Of a stretch of DNA of 64,000 nucleotides, positions 46,219-55,663 are shown in pieces. Made by a program: the position numbers and the translations under genes. The stretch lies in the sequence record MW760841.1, one strand, 5' to 3'. Every line of letters begins with the position of its first letter. Position 1 is the stretch's first letter. A model generated the notes under the pieces. That model was not told where the DNA came from. It made no database searches and was given only the letters and a program-made list of their open reading frames with translations.

Positions 46219-47938
46219 AATCGTCAAAGTCTTTGACCAGTTTGTCCACGGGCAACACATGGCGAAGAAGATGTTGGCGATTGCTTTGCGTAACCGCTTT
46301 CGTGTAGCCTCGTTAGGCTTACGTGACCGTGGTAGCGTGAAGAAGCAGAACCTTCTGCTGATTGGCCCGACAGGTTCGGGCAAGACGGCGTTGATGCGTG
46401 TCCTACGCCAACGTTTTGGTTTGCCGGTATTAGAGCTGGACATGACAGGGTTCTCTGAGACGGGTTACGTTGGACGCAACGTTAACACCATCGGTGCAGA
46501 CTTGTCAGAACTGGTACGGGCGACTCCGTTACCGGACTGGTATGTGAAACTGCGTACTGGGATGGAAGTGGAAAAGGACGAAGCACGTTACACTCGTCAG
46601 GAGTGGGATGCCCTCCAGCGCAAAGAGTACGAAGCGGAGAAGCAGGAAGAAGACACAGAGCGTCGTGCACTTCGTGAAGCTAAGCAAAAGCACACGTTGC
46701 AATTGCAAAGCATGGGTATCTTACCTGACGATGCTGAGTACGCGCAGATTCAACGTATCTTCTATCTACGTGCCATGTTGTTGGGTTACTCCAACATTCA
46801 AGGTATTCCGTACGATGACTTCGACATCCGGACGTTGGAACTGATGCCTGGCCAGACGGTTCAGACCATTGTGCGTAAAGTTCTCAGTCTGTTGGAAGGC
46901 GTACTCGGTAGAGACATCACCGGAATGCGTGACCTGAATGCGGATACGATGGGGGACATGGATCTCGAATCGGCCATCGAGGAGAAGCCGGAATTCATGG
47001 CAGACGTCATGGGTTTGATGGGCCTGGCGAACACGCTCGAGATGTACATGGAGCGTGGCCTGGAGTTGATGGGCAGCAATCCAGTTGCAGCTTGCGTCTC
47101 TGGCGGCGATTGGTACGATGCAGCGTATACGCTCGACGGTGAGAAGCAAGACATTCCGCCGGGGATTCTCTGGAAGTACAGCGACTCTACCGGACATCTG
47201 TTGCACTGGATATTCCAGATTGCGTTCGAATACGAAGCGATGATGGATGAGTTCTGGTCAGTTGAAGACTTCACCCGTTTTGCCGATGAGAAACTCTGGA
47301 CGTTTGACATTCCTAAAGCGAAACCGGAGTTCGCCCACAAAACCGGTGTCATTAGCAAGAAGGATTTGCTGAAGGTTGACAACTGTAACGGGCGTGACTT
47401 CGTGGAGAACTTCGCTGTCGTGTTCCTGGATGAGTTTGATAAGCTGGTTGAATCTGACCGAGCGAACCACGCCCAGGTATCCCGCAGTGGTGTCCAACGC
47501 AGTCTGCTGAAAATGGTTGAAGGAGGATTATACGGTGCCATCGATACAACCAATGTGCTTTTTGTCGCTGCTGGGACGTTTGCTGAAGCGCCTCTTGCTA
47601 AACTCCTTCCAGAACTCCAAGGGCGTTTCCCGCTAAGGGCTAACCTGGAACCGCTGGATAAAGATGCCCTCGAAGCTATCTGTCGTCTGGACAGCAGTGA
47701 CTTCCACGGCATGATTAAACTGTTGGCTTTAGAAGGGGTGAAGGTGTTGTTTGACAATGATACCTACAGCTACATTGCCGAGCAAACGATTGAAGCCAAC
47801 CGGGAGAACAACCTGGGTGCTCGTCGTTTAGACGCAATAGTAGAACGCATCTTCCAGGCCGCACTTTACGAACCGGAGAAATACCTTGAACATGGATACG
47901 ACGTTACCGGAGCAACCCTCCGCAGAATTAGTGATTGA
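46196..47938 (+). CDS. hslU: HslU/ClpY-like AAA+ ATPase
   Basis: LAIALRNRFR, Walker A GPTGSGKT, pore loop ETGYVG, Walker B VFLDEFDK, GVQRSLLKMVEG, PELQGRFP, NLGARRL. Confidence 0.88.
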   Translation: MDNLTPVEIVKVFDQFVHGQHMAKKMLAIALRNRFRVASLGLRDRGSVKKQNLLLIGPTGSGKTALMRVLRQRFGLPVLELDMTGFSETGYVGRNVNTIGADLSELVRATPLPDWYVKLRTGMEVEKDEARYTRQEWDALQRKEYEAEKQEEDTERRALREAKQKHTLQLQSMGILPDDAEYAQIQRIFYLRAMLLGYSNIQGIPYDDFDIRTLELMPGQTVQTIVRKVLSLLEGVLGRDITGMRDLNADTMGDMDLESAIEEKPEFMADVMGLMGLANTLEMYMERGLELMGSNPVAACVSGGDWYDAAYTLDGEKQDIPPGILWKYSDSTGHLLHWIFQIAFEYEAMMDEFWSVEDFTRFADEKLWTFDIPKAKPEFAHKTGVISKKDLLKVDNCNGRDFVENFAVVFLDEFDKLVESDRANHAQVSRSGVQRSLLKMVEGGLYGAIDTTNVLFVAAGTFAEAPLAKLLPELQGRFPLRANLEPLDKDALEAICRLDSSDFHGMIKLLALEGVKVLFDNDTYSYIAEQTIEANRENNLGARRLDAIVERIFQAALYEPEKYLEHGYDVTGATLRRISD

Positions 47939-48662
47939 TTACGTCTTTGATGTTAAATGCGAAATCAAAGATAACACCTGTGGGGCAACCCGCACCCAGC
48001 AAGAAACGGTGTACGCGGAAGGTATTGCTTTCCAGATTCCAGAAAGTCAGTTGTCACCCGGCTTCGATCCGCGCGTTATCTTCCAGCGTTGGCAGCGTCA
48101 ATCCGTAATGGTGGGAATGAGCCCGGTTACTGGTGCAGCACCGTATAACAATCCAATGGCCCTGGAAAGCTATCGCCGTGTAGACATGAGTCGGGTCTGC
48201 GGTAAATTCCACGGCGGGTCGTTGTGTACGTTCGACAGTAAGGTTGTACTGGAAACCAACTTCATTCCAGATGGCCCATACGGCGAACGGGTTCGCCGCT
48301 ACATGAAAGTGGTGCCGCACATCACACTGCGTGCTCGCTGCCTGGTCGATGAAAATGGACTCTTAACTGGCGTTCCCGGTTGGGATATCGTACTGCCGGA
48401 GAACTGGGAGATTGTAGGCCGCAAGCGTCAAACGGCGTATAACACCCCAACCCATCCAGACTTCGTGAAAGCCCTTGGCCTTATTCACGAACGTTGTAAA
48501 GAAGATGGGCTGGATTATTCTCTGCATTACGAAGAAGGTCTCGATATGTGGAATATCAGCATACGTCCGATGGAGCACGCTAAATGGTTCAGAACGGGCG
48601 ATTGCTCGCTGTCAAATGCGGTTGAAGAAGCTTTAGATCATTTAAATATTTCTGGGGATTAA
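47886..48662 (+). CDS. hypothetical protein
   Basis: 258 aa; start uncertain (47892 or 47931). Confidence 0.6.
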   Translation: MNMDTTLPEQPSAELVIDYVFDVKCEIKDNTCGATRTQQETVYAEGIAFQIPESQLSPGFDPRVIFQRWQRQSVMVGMSPVTGAAPYNNPMALESYRRVDMSRVCGKFHGGSLCTFDSKVVLETNFIPDGPYGERVRRYMKVVPHITLRARCLVDENGLLTGVPGWDIVLPENWEIVGRKRQTAYNTPTHPDFVKALGLIHERCKEDGLDYSLHYEEGLDMWNISIRPMEHAKWFRTGDCSLSNAVEEALDHLNISGD

Positions 48663-48663
48663 C

Positions 48664-49137
48664 ATGGAAAAGAATAACGACTTGCGCGGATTACAAATCA
48701 CGGGACAAGGCGAAGACAACAACGGTAAGTTCTACTCTGTTGTGTTGCTGGATACAACTCGCATGTCAGCTGACGGTCGCCAGTACAACGGCGATATCGC
48801 CCACCTGATTCGTGGCATTAAGCGTCAGCCGCGTGTGCTGTGTGAAGTTGATCCGTATCACGACTACCGTTTCCAAATCCCGATGTCGGATGACAAACAC
48901 ATTCCTGCGGTCTGCACCATTGACCAAAAGAACGTGTGTGCGTCTATCGAGAACATCCGTCACGAGAAACTGAACGGTAAGGTGAAAGCCGAACTGCGTC
49001 CGTTTGGGCCACACGCCCGTATGGTAAACGATTTGTTGGAAGGTCGTAACCAGAACGTCACTTTCGGGATGCGTGCGCTGTCTACACCGGCGGGTGCGAT
49101 TGACAAAGTTATCTGTTGGGACCTTTTACCAGAATGA
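48664..49137 (+). CDS. prohead-protease (T4 gp21/phiKZ gp175-fold)-like protein lacking catalytic residues
   Basis: TIDQKNVCASI, KAELRPFGPHARMVNDLL, VTFGMRAL resemble the protease core; GExxHP and F-S-I-R motifs substituted. Confidence 0.55.
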   Translation: MEKNNDLRGLQITGQGEDNNGKFYSVVLLDTTRMSADGRQYNGDIAHLIRGIKRQPRVLCEVDPYHDYRFQIPMSDDKHIPAVCTIDQKNVCASIENIRHEKLNGKVKAELRPFGPHARMVNDLLEGRNQNVTFGMRALSTPAGAIDKVICWDLLPE

Positions 49138-49334
49138 CACTTATCGAACTGATCCAGTGGGTCATAATGGTTCTGGCTGGGTACTTCCTCATCCAGTGCG
49201 TACGTGGCAGCGTGAAGGATTTGATTAAGGGTGACTTGATGGGCATGTTTGTGGAGCTTGTTTTTGCGCTTATTGCGTGGAACGTTCACAAGTGGGCCTT
49301 CATTGAGCTTGCCCCGCTGCAAACCCTGTTCTAA
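49134..49334 (+). CDS. small membrane protein
   Basis: Two hydrophobic segments. Confidence 0.6.
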   Translation: MTLIELIQWVIMVLAGYFLIQCVRGSVKDLIKGDLMGMFVELVFALIAWNVHKWAFIELAPLQTLF

Positions 49335-49346
49335 CTAAAAGAAGCT

Positions 49347-49369
49347 CAGATAGATATTATCTTGATGAG
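49347..49369 (+). promoter_or_regulatory. putative early promoter
   Basis: CAGATAGATATTATCTTGATGAG. Confidence 0.55.
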
Positions 49370-49601
49370 CTTCGGTTATTTCTTTTTTTCGAATGGAGGA
49401 CGGATGGTGGCGTTCTATTGGATTGTGTTAGTGGTCTCAGCGTTGTTCACTGGGATGAAAGGTGCGCAGCTTCAACATTGCTTGAAGCGACGTAAACGTT
49501 TGGGCGTGGATGGGAAACAACAACTCATCGGCGTGAGTATCGCCTTCATTATCGGTGCCGGTTTATTAACCTGGTCACTGTATCACATTTGGCAACTGTA
49601 A
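49362..49601 (+). CDS. small membrane protein
   Basis: Two TM-like segments; true start probably MVAFYW after GGAGGA. Confidence 0.6.
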   Translation: MMSFGYFFFSNGGRMVAFYWIVLVVSALFTGMKGAQLQHCLKRRKRLGVDGKQQLIGVSIAFIIGAGLLTWSLYHIWQL

Positions 49602-49621
49602 ATTACCCCTAAGGAGTATCA

Positions 49622-49918
49622 ATGAAAACGTTATTAGTGGTGGGACTGCTGTTTGCTGTCCCGGCTATGGCAGCAGAAACAAAGATTGTGTCGGAAACCA
49701 AGTTCGCAGGGACTATCGACCAGTTGGCTCGCGAGCGTGTGTTCCTCGGTTGTGTTAACGCCATCAAGAGCACGAACATCAAAGAATACGAAGGTCTTGA
49801 TGATGCTATCTCACAGTGCTCAACCGAAGCAGAGAAGATTGCTTTGCGTAGCACCCACGTTGTCAGTGATGGCCACTGGTATATTAGCGTCACTCCAGTA
49901 GAAGGAACTAAACAATGA
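49622..49918 (+). CDS. putative exported protein
   Basis: Signal-peptide-like MKTLLVVGLLFAVPAMA; two Cys. Confidence 0.65.
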   Translation: MKTLLVVGLLFAVPAMAAETKIVSETKFAGTIDQLARERVFLGCVNAIKSTNIKEYEGLDDAISQCSTEAEKIALRSTHVVSDGHWYISVTPVEGTKQ

Positions 49919-50973
49919 CCCGTGTCGTAACCTTAACCGGCGGTTTAGATTCTACCTGGGTGATGCATAAGCTGCTGACTCTGCCGGACGATATGCCAGC
50001 AGAACTCATTCGTCCTGTATACCTGGACTTTAATCAGGGGATTCGTGCAGCCTGGCTGGAGTACATGCTCAGTTCTGAATCGGCGTTGCGAATGCTGATG
50101 AAAACCGAGATGTATCAACGTACTCTGGATTGGCGTAGTCCACCGCACAATGTCTTCAATCATATTCGCGGGAACAATACCGCCCGCCTGGTTCAGCAGG
50201 GTAACGTCATTACGTCGTTGGCGTTTGTAATGAACGAAGAGCAATGTCGCGATAACGAACCAGTGACAGCGTACGTTGGGTGGAACAAAGGCGATTGTAT
50301 CGAGCGTAACTATACTCGTGGTGAATGGAGCGAGGCAGACTACGAACGTTTGCGCGTGATGTACGAAAGCCTCATCTATTTCCAGGACCATGCCCCACGG
50401 CCACATCCACTGATGACACCGGCGTGGGATAAAACCAAGATGGAAATGTGGATGGAGTTACCACATGACATCCGTGAATTGGTAACGGTGGCGTCGCACT
50501 ACTCTATTGAGTTTATCCCGTGTCCGGAAATCGACATGTTGTACGTTGAAATCAATCTGGAGAACTCGGCGAAACATATCCGTTACAGTAAGATGGGTAT
50601 CGAGCTGTCCGTAGCTTGGCGTTTCTCATTGACGGAAGCGTTCTGGAAACGTATCCAGAAAACCACCTGCCCGTTAAATGGCATCGGGCCGTCGTTACCG
50701 TCGGAGTTATTGAAAATCCCCGAAGAATACAAAGTCAAAGAAGGTTGGGCTGGGCCATTAAGTCTCGATTCGAAGTCTGACACGCTGGCGATCAGAGCAT
50801 ACTCCCGTGAAGAATGGGCAGACTATCGCCCGAAACTGAAAAGTTATCTGAGGGAACGTGATGATAGAGAACGAGAGCGACAAAAGCTCGAAGCCGCGTC
50901 TGGAAATCTGGACAGTGCAGATGGCAAAGTGGCGCAAAGTGTGGGAGTTTCAACCACCGGTCCGGCTAATTGA
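49915..50973 (+). CDS. QueC-like PP-loop ATP pyrophosphatase
   Basis: N-terminal VVTLTGGLDSTW (SGGxDS variant), VYLDFNQG; no QueC Zn-binding Cys cluster. Confidence 0.65.
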   Translation: MTRVVTLTGGLDSTWVMHKLLTLPDDMPAELIRPVYLDFNQGIRAAWLEYMLSSESALRMLMKTEMYQRTLDWRSPPHNVFNHIRGNNTARLVQQGNVITSLAFVMNEEQCRDNEPVTAYVGWNKGDCIERNYTRGEWSEADYERLRVMYESLIYFQDHAPRPHPLMTPAWDKTKMEMWMELPHDIRELVTVASHYSIEFIPCPEIDMLYVEINLENSAKHIRYSKMGIELSVAWRFSLTEAFWKRIQKTTCPLNGIGPSLPSELLKIPEEYKVKEGWAGPLSLDSKSDTLAIRAYSREEWADYRPKLKSYLRERDDRERERQKLEAASGNLDSADGKVAQSVGVSTTGPAN

Positions 50974-51277
50974 TATCACCGTCAAAACGGGTAATAAATT
51001 ATTAGCCCCGACCTGGGACTTCCTGATGGAGTATAAAAACTCCAATAAGGACGCCGAGGCCGAGGCTGTGTATACCCGTAAGTACCGTGCGAAGATTAAG
51101 CAGCTCTATCGGACGGAACCTGATGTTCTGTTAGAGCTGTTGTACGCAGGGCGTATTGCCCTGATGTGTTTCTGTCCGGCTGGCAAATTCTGCCACCGTC
51201 ATTTACTTGTCCAAACCTTCCAAGCACTCGGCGAACGCTATGGCGTCGAAATTGTCTTGATGGGTGAAATTACCTAA
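50858..51277 (+). CDS. DUF488-like protein
   Basis: LAPTWDFL...YTRKY...IALMCFCPAGKFCHRHLL. Confidence 0.7.
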   Translation: MMIENESDKSSKPRLEIWTVQMAKWRKVWEFQPPVRLIDITVKTGNKLLAPTWDFLMEYKNSNKDAEAEAVYTRKYRAKIKQLYRTEPDVLLELLYAGRIALMCFCPAGKFCHRHLLVQTFQALGERYGVEIVLMGEIT

Positions 51278-51289
51278 AGGAGTATTACC

Positions 51290-52144
51290 ATGTTTAAAGC
51301 CCCTATTCATCGTCCGGGTCATCTGCTCTCTACCGCCTCTCGCATTAACAAGCTGGCTGAAATCACCCAACTGAAGCACTCCATCGATTTGATTTGCTGC
51401 ATCAATGTCAGTATGCATCCGCGTTTCGACTGGAACCGCTTCCTTCGTAACTCTTATCTGGCGCTGAATCGTTTACCGGAAGACGATGTGGAAGCGCACC
51501 ACATCAAGAACATGCTGACCAAAGCGGTCGATATGTTCAACAACGAGATTCCGTTCCATCCGCTGGAAGCCTCCACCACTATGTTGATTTGCGACAAGCT
51601 GGAAGACTGGGAGGCGGATGTCCTGGCCGGTAAGATTCATCCTGACGATGTGTTGCAAGATGGAACCCGTCGTCTTGAACCAACCGAAAACAACTTGCGT
51701 TTGAAATTCCGTCTGGATGTCAGTCGGGATATCGGTCTTGTACCGATGCAGGAACTGCATCGCGCATTAGAAACTCTGCCGTTCGATATTGAACTCACCT
51801 CACCGCTGCAACGCGCAACGGTCTTTGAACAAAAGGTATATGTCGAATCGGCTAATGCCAACATGGTGCGGGTCGGGGAATCTTCACTACACCGCACACG
51901 CGTGGCCTTTACCTTCACATCCCCTATCGGTGAACTGGCACGTAGCTTGATTGTAGAGCGCATGTTGGAACGTAAACTCGGTGCTCCAGGCGCATGGCGT
52001 GGTGATGAATTAGTCTTCACTCGCGGTTCCGCAGGTGACAAGGTTCTTTCCGACAGTGCAGACTGGCGTCGTGCTCTTGAAGAAGAGCTGACCGAAGTAA
52101 TAAACGGCCTGACCTCTTCGGTTGCAGTTAATCTCACGCATTAA
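51290..52144 (+). CDS. hypothetical protein
   Basis: 284 aa; AAAGGAG SD. Confidence 0.7.
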   Translation: MFKAPIHRPGHLLSTASRINKLAEITQLKHSIDLICCINVSMHPRFDWNRFLRNSYLALNRLPEDDVEAHHIKNMLTKAVDMFNNEIPFHPLEASTTMLICDKLEDWEADVLAGKIHPDDVLQDGTRRLEPTENNLRLKFRLDVSRDIGLVPMQELHRALETLPFDIELTSPLQRATVFEQKVYVESANANMVRVGESSLHRTRVAFTFTSPIGELARSLIVERMLERKLGAPGAWRGDELVFTRGSAGDKVLSDSADWRRALEEELTEVINGLTSSVAVNLTH

Positions 52145-52153
52145 GGATTCATC

Positions 52154-52543
52154 ATGACGATTGACCACACCACGAAAGTGAAGTTGGTTTTCCCCGCTAC
52201 TGACCAGGACTTCTACTCCACAGTCTGTGCGGTGCAAGCTCGACTCCGCGAACAGGGTTTCATCAATACGGAAATCGTTGAACGTCCGTTCGGTTTCTTC
52301 CGTCATGCGAATCTCGATGATACCGTACGTAATCGCATGATTGAGCAATATCGTCTAACGTTAGCAGGTTGCTTAGACCTGCACGTTACCGAACCGGAAA
52401 CTTGTAAGCATATCGCGATGATTAACGTGTGGCATGATGTCTTCACGCACGTCATCCCGACTGGTACCTCTATTGTGTTTTCTCCGACGTTGGCCATGCT
52501 GAATGTTGCGGCATTGAGAAACGTCTACAACACCTTTAATTAA
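52154..52543 (+). CDS. hypothetical protein
   Basis: 129 aa; TAAGGA SD. Confidence 0.65.
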   Translation: MTIDHTTKVKLVFPATDQDFYSTVCAVQARLREQGFINTEIVERPFGFFRHANLDDTVRNRMIEQYRLTLAGCLDLHVTEPETCKHIAMINVWHDVFTHVIPTGTSIVFSPTLAMLNVAALRNVYNTFN

Positions 52544-52567
52544 AATACCCCCAGAAGGATAATCGAA

Positions 52568-53479
52568 ATGGCTAAAGAACCGTTAATCATCGTCCCGCTG
52601 TTTGAAGAACACATTCCTGTTCGTGACCCTGTTATTCATGCCCAGATGTGCATGTTGCGCAAAGCTTATACTCTGGCGTACCGTAAACGTCATCGTATCA
52701 CCATCGGCGTGATTCCGGCTACCCCGGAGGCAGTGTCGTTTGTCTGTGACCTTGGCATGTATGGCTATCTGGCATTAAACCGCCTCAAGAAGGATACCCC
52801 AGAATCCCTGGAGATTATCCAGATGCTGAGCGACATGTACAAAGAGTTCACCACCGGCGAGAAGAAAGAATATCGCCACACGGACATGATGTACAAGCTT
52901 GCCTGTGAAGACGAAGCATTCGGGTTACACCCTTCGCTTATCTTGCAGAAAGGCCATCCCACAGGCGATATGGTAAAGAAAAACAAACCCGAGTTTCCTC
53001 CATTAGGTAAGCAGCGGAACATGGGCGATATTTTCCTGACCACGACCGGTAACTTACCGGAAGAAATGAAGTTAGAATTGGCGGAAGTGTTAGACCGTTG
53101 GAACTCAGGGCGAAACCATGTCCTTGACCAGGCTGATATGGACCTCATCCCGTCCCCCACGGCGGTCATCGTCGAATGGGAGGGCGAAGGTGTGTTCCGC
53201 GTGACGCTGCACGCTGTCGGTCATGAGATTAGCGAAACCGCTATGCGAATGATCAGGGCACGTCTGCTTGGTAAAGCCGAACGTGGTTGCAGTTACCACC
53301 TCGAAGGCAAGGGCCAGATGTTTGTCGAAATAGACAGCATGAAGAACCCAAGTAATGCCCAGCCGATGATTATCGACCTGGTGAAAACCGGCATCCAAAA
53401 CAACGTGGTTCACACCGTCCTCGATATTTGTGCTAAACGCTACGAATGCGAGATTGTGTTGAACCCACGCAAGAAGTAA
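52568..53479 (+). CDS. hypothetical protein
   Basis: 303 aa; AAGGA SD. Confidence 0.7.
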   Translation: MAKEPLIIVPLFEEHIPVRDPVIHAQMCMLRKAYTLAYRKRHRITIGVIPATPEAVSFVCDLGMYGYLALNRLKKDTPESLEIIQMLSDMYKEFTTGEKKEYRHTDMMYKLACEDEAFGLHPSLILQKGHPTGDMVKKNKPEFPPLGKQRNMGDIFLTTTGNLPEEMKLELAEVLDRWNSGRNHVLDQADMDLIPSPTAVIVEWEGEGVFRVTLHAVGHEISETAMRMIRARLLGKAERGCSYHLEGKGQMFVEIDSMKNPSNAQPMIIDLVKTGIQNNVVHTVLDICAKRYECEIVLNPRKK

Positions 53480-53500
53480 ATACCCCATTAGGAGAATCAA

Positions 53501-54025
53501 ATGCAAATGAGTTTCTTTACGAAGCGCGAGCGCGCTTTCTTGTCGAAGTGTACTACGATTGGTTTAAACATCAAACGTACCGCTGCCGACGAGCAACTGA
53601 CGATTGAGCCGATTAAGGCATATATCGCCAGTAACTTCCCAGAAAAGGAATGGGATGATGTGTATCGTCTCGCCTTTACGGTACACCACGCTTTAATCAC
53701 GTTGGCGGAATACAATACCTGCAAACGTCTTGATGGCTGGACGTGGTTTGTGCCACGGACACCTGACCACTTCCACATGGCGGGTGTGACGGAACCGGTG
53801 TTTGTTAAACCTATCGCTCACCCGGAACGTCTTGACGAATCCCTGGAAATGCTTTGGGATCGTCCACGGCAGGAATTGATGAAGGCCGTCAATATCCTGC
53901 GGGAGTCCGGGAAGTTCCCTGACGTTCAGATGCAAACGCCTGACCGTAAGAGCATGTACTGGCGACTGTCCTGGTATGCGGGGGAGTTCCATAACCGCAA
54001 CGTCATCTATCTGAACCGGAGATAA
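53501..54025 (+). CDS. hypothetical protein
   Basis: 174 aa; AGGAG SD. Confidence 0.65.
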   Translation: MQMSFFTKRERAFLSKCTTIGLNIKRTAADEQLTIEPIKAYIASNFPEKEWDDVYRLAFTVHHALITLAEYNTCKRLDGWTWFVPRTPDHFHMAGVTEPVFVKPIAHPERLDESLEMLWDRPRQELMKAVNILRESGKFPDVQMQTPDRKSMYWRLSWYAGEFHNRNVIYLNRR

Positions 54026-54027
54026 TC

Positions 54028-54384
54028 ATGGCGGTCTCTTTATGCACTGTGCGTGATCGTATTCGTAAGTATTTTGGGCTTCCTGTAGAACCGACACGCG
54101 AACAGCTGGAACGGCAGATAGTGGAACTCCAACGCGATCGCCGTTTTTTAATCCGAATGACTCACGATGCATTGAAGCGTGCAGAACAGGCTGATAGTCG
54201 CGCGGTGAAACACGCGGGTATCGCTGCAACGGTTGTTCGTTGGCCTAAAGCCCGTAAGGTAATGGTGGATAATTTGCTCCTCTATGCGCGTGCAGTACGT
54301 CAGCGGAGAAACAGAACGCGAAGTCAGTTAAAAGCGTTCTGCGTGAAATACGATATCCGAGGGTGGGAGGACGCCAATGATTAA
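54028..54384 (+). CDS. basic coiled-coil protein
   Basis: 118 aa; GGAG SD. Confidence 0.6.
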   Translation: MAVSLCTVRDRIRKYFGLPVEPTREQLERQIVELQRDRRFLIRMTHDALKRAEQADSRAVKHAGIAATVVRWPKARKVMVDNLLLYARAVRQRRNRTRSQLKAFCVKYDIRGWEDAND

Positions 54385-54661
54385 GAAACTGTTAAAGCAT
54401 ATCTTTCAACCGCAGAAAGTTATTGATGAAATGGATTTAAGTCTGCGGTTGCAAACGGCCATCAAGCATATCGATTCTTTGGAAAAGATAGCGGATGGCC
54501 ATGCGGGGGTTCTGGTTGACATCGTGAACCGAATGAAAGAATCAACCGATCCTGAAATGCGCCTGCTGGCCGGTAACATCAAAAAGAACACCGTCGGAGC
54601 AATCAACGTCATGAAGGAGATGCATAACTTCCGCGTCATCTTCAACATCGATAAGGTCTGA
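54377..54661 (+). CDS. small coiled-coil protein
   Basis: 94 aa; GGAGG SD. Confidence 0.6.
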   Translation: MIKKLLKHIFQPQKVIDEMDLSLRLQTAIKHIDSLEKIADGHAGVLVDIVNRMKESTDPEMRLLAGNIKKNTVGAINVMKEMHNFRVIFNIDKV

Positions 54662-54663
54662 CT

Positions 54664-55008
54664 ATGTTGAACTGGTTGGTAGCAAAGATTAACAAACGGC
54701 AGAAGTACCTCTACGAGGAGAATGCCCGCCTGCGTAAACAACTGCGCAGTGAAAAACTAAAGTCCGAGGTACTGGAGAACTGTCTGGACGACCTCAAGAC
54801 AGGGGCGACCCAGGCGATAACGCTTATCCAGAAGGGCGATGTGACCATTGAAAATGGCCGCCGCCAGGTTCAGGTTGTCGACCATGACCTGGGTATGGAA
54901 TACATCCGCACAGCCTGCGGAGAACTGAACGGGAAACTCTACTGGGTTGAACGTGAAATTGAAACTCTTAAACGTAAGGAAGAACCGCGTGAAAAACGAG
55001 CATACTGA
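54664..55008 (+). CDS. small coiled-coil protein
   Basis: 114 aa; MLNWLVAKI start. Confidence 0.6.
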   Translation: MLNWLVAKINKRQKYLYEENARLRKQLRSEKLKSEVLENCLDDLKTGATQAITLIQKGDVTIENGRRQVQVVDHDLGMEYIRTACGELNGKLYWVEREIETLKRKEEPREKRAY

Positions 55009-55336
55009 AGAACTGGCTTTGGCCATTGAGCACATGAAAGTCCATCAGCTGACCACGCTGCAAGCGAAGACCGAAAGTGCTCGCCACACAGCTGTGACCA
55101 TGATTCGTCATGGCATTGCCCGCAACAAAGAACTCATCCAGGAATTCAATGAGTTGCAGACCTATGTGTTGAACAACCCAGGGCACGAATCGTTCGACCG
55201 TATCGGTGAGCTGCTGCGTAAGCATGAAGCTTGGGCTGAGCAGTTTGCCGATGAGCTGTCTTGTTCGTTGGGTATTGACCCACGTAAAACTGACGAACCG
55301 ATGGCACCGCTGGTGTTCCTCAAAGCGAAGGAGTAA
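54989..55336 (+). CDS. helical hypothetical protein
   Basis: AAGGA SD before GTG 54989. Confidence 0.6.
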   Translation: MKNEHTEELALAIEHMKVHQLTTLQAKTESARHTAVTMIRHGIARNKELIQEFNELQTYVLNNPGHESFDRIGELLRKHEAWAEQFADELSCSLGIDPRKTDEPMAPLVFLKAKE

Positions 55337-55339
55337 TCG

Positions 55340-55663
55340 ATGGGCGAATTGGTGAGTCTTTATACTGACCTCACGGGTAAGTCTCCTCAGGAAGTTCTGG
55401 AGGCGTTACAGCGTGGGGAACGTGTGCAGGATACCGATGCCAACGCCGATGCGATTCTGATGACGCTCGTTCCTCTACGGGGCGAGCATTACCAAATCGC
55501 ACTGTTAGGTAGCGAGTATGTGGTACGCACGCCAGGACGCGAATACGAGGCTTTTAGAGCCCCTCGCACGATAGGCGGCGTAGTGTTGGTGATTTGTGGA
55601 TTGGAACGTGCCATACGGGAATGTGCTATTTACATTGCCAGTGGCGGACAGGGGCATTTCTGA
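55340..55663 (+). CDS. hypothetical protein
   Basis: 107 aa; AAGGAG SD. Confidence 0.6.
   Translation: MGELVSLYTDLTGKSPQEVLEALQRGERVQDTDANADAILMTLVPLRGEHYQIALLGSEYVVRTPGREYEAFRAPRTIGGVVLVICGLERAIRECAIYIASGGQGHF

Noticed and set aside
49915-50973. 7-deazaguanine DNA modification cluster
   Set aside because: Only a divergent QueC-like gene is present; no folE, queD, queE or dpdA is recognisable in the window.
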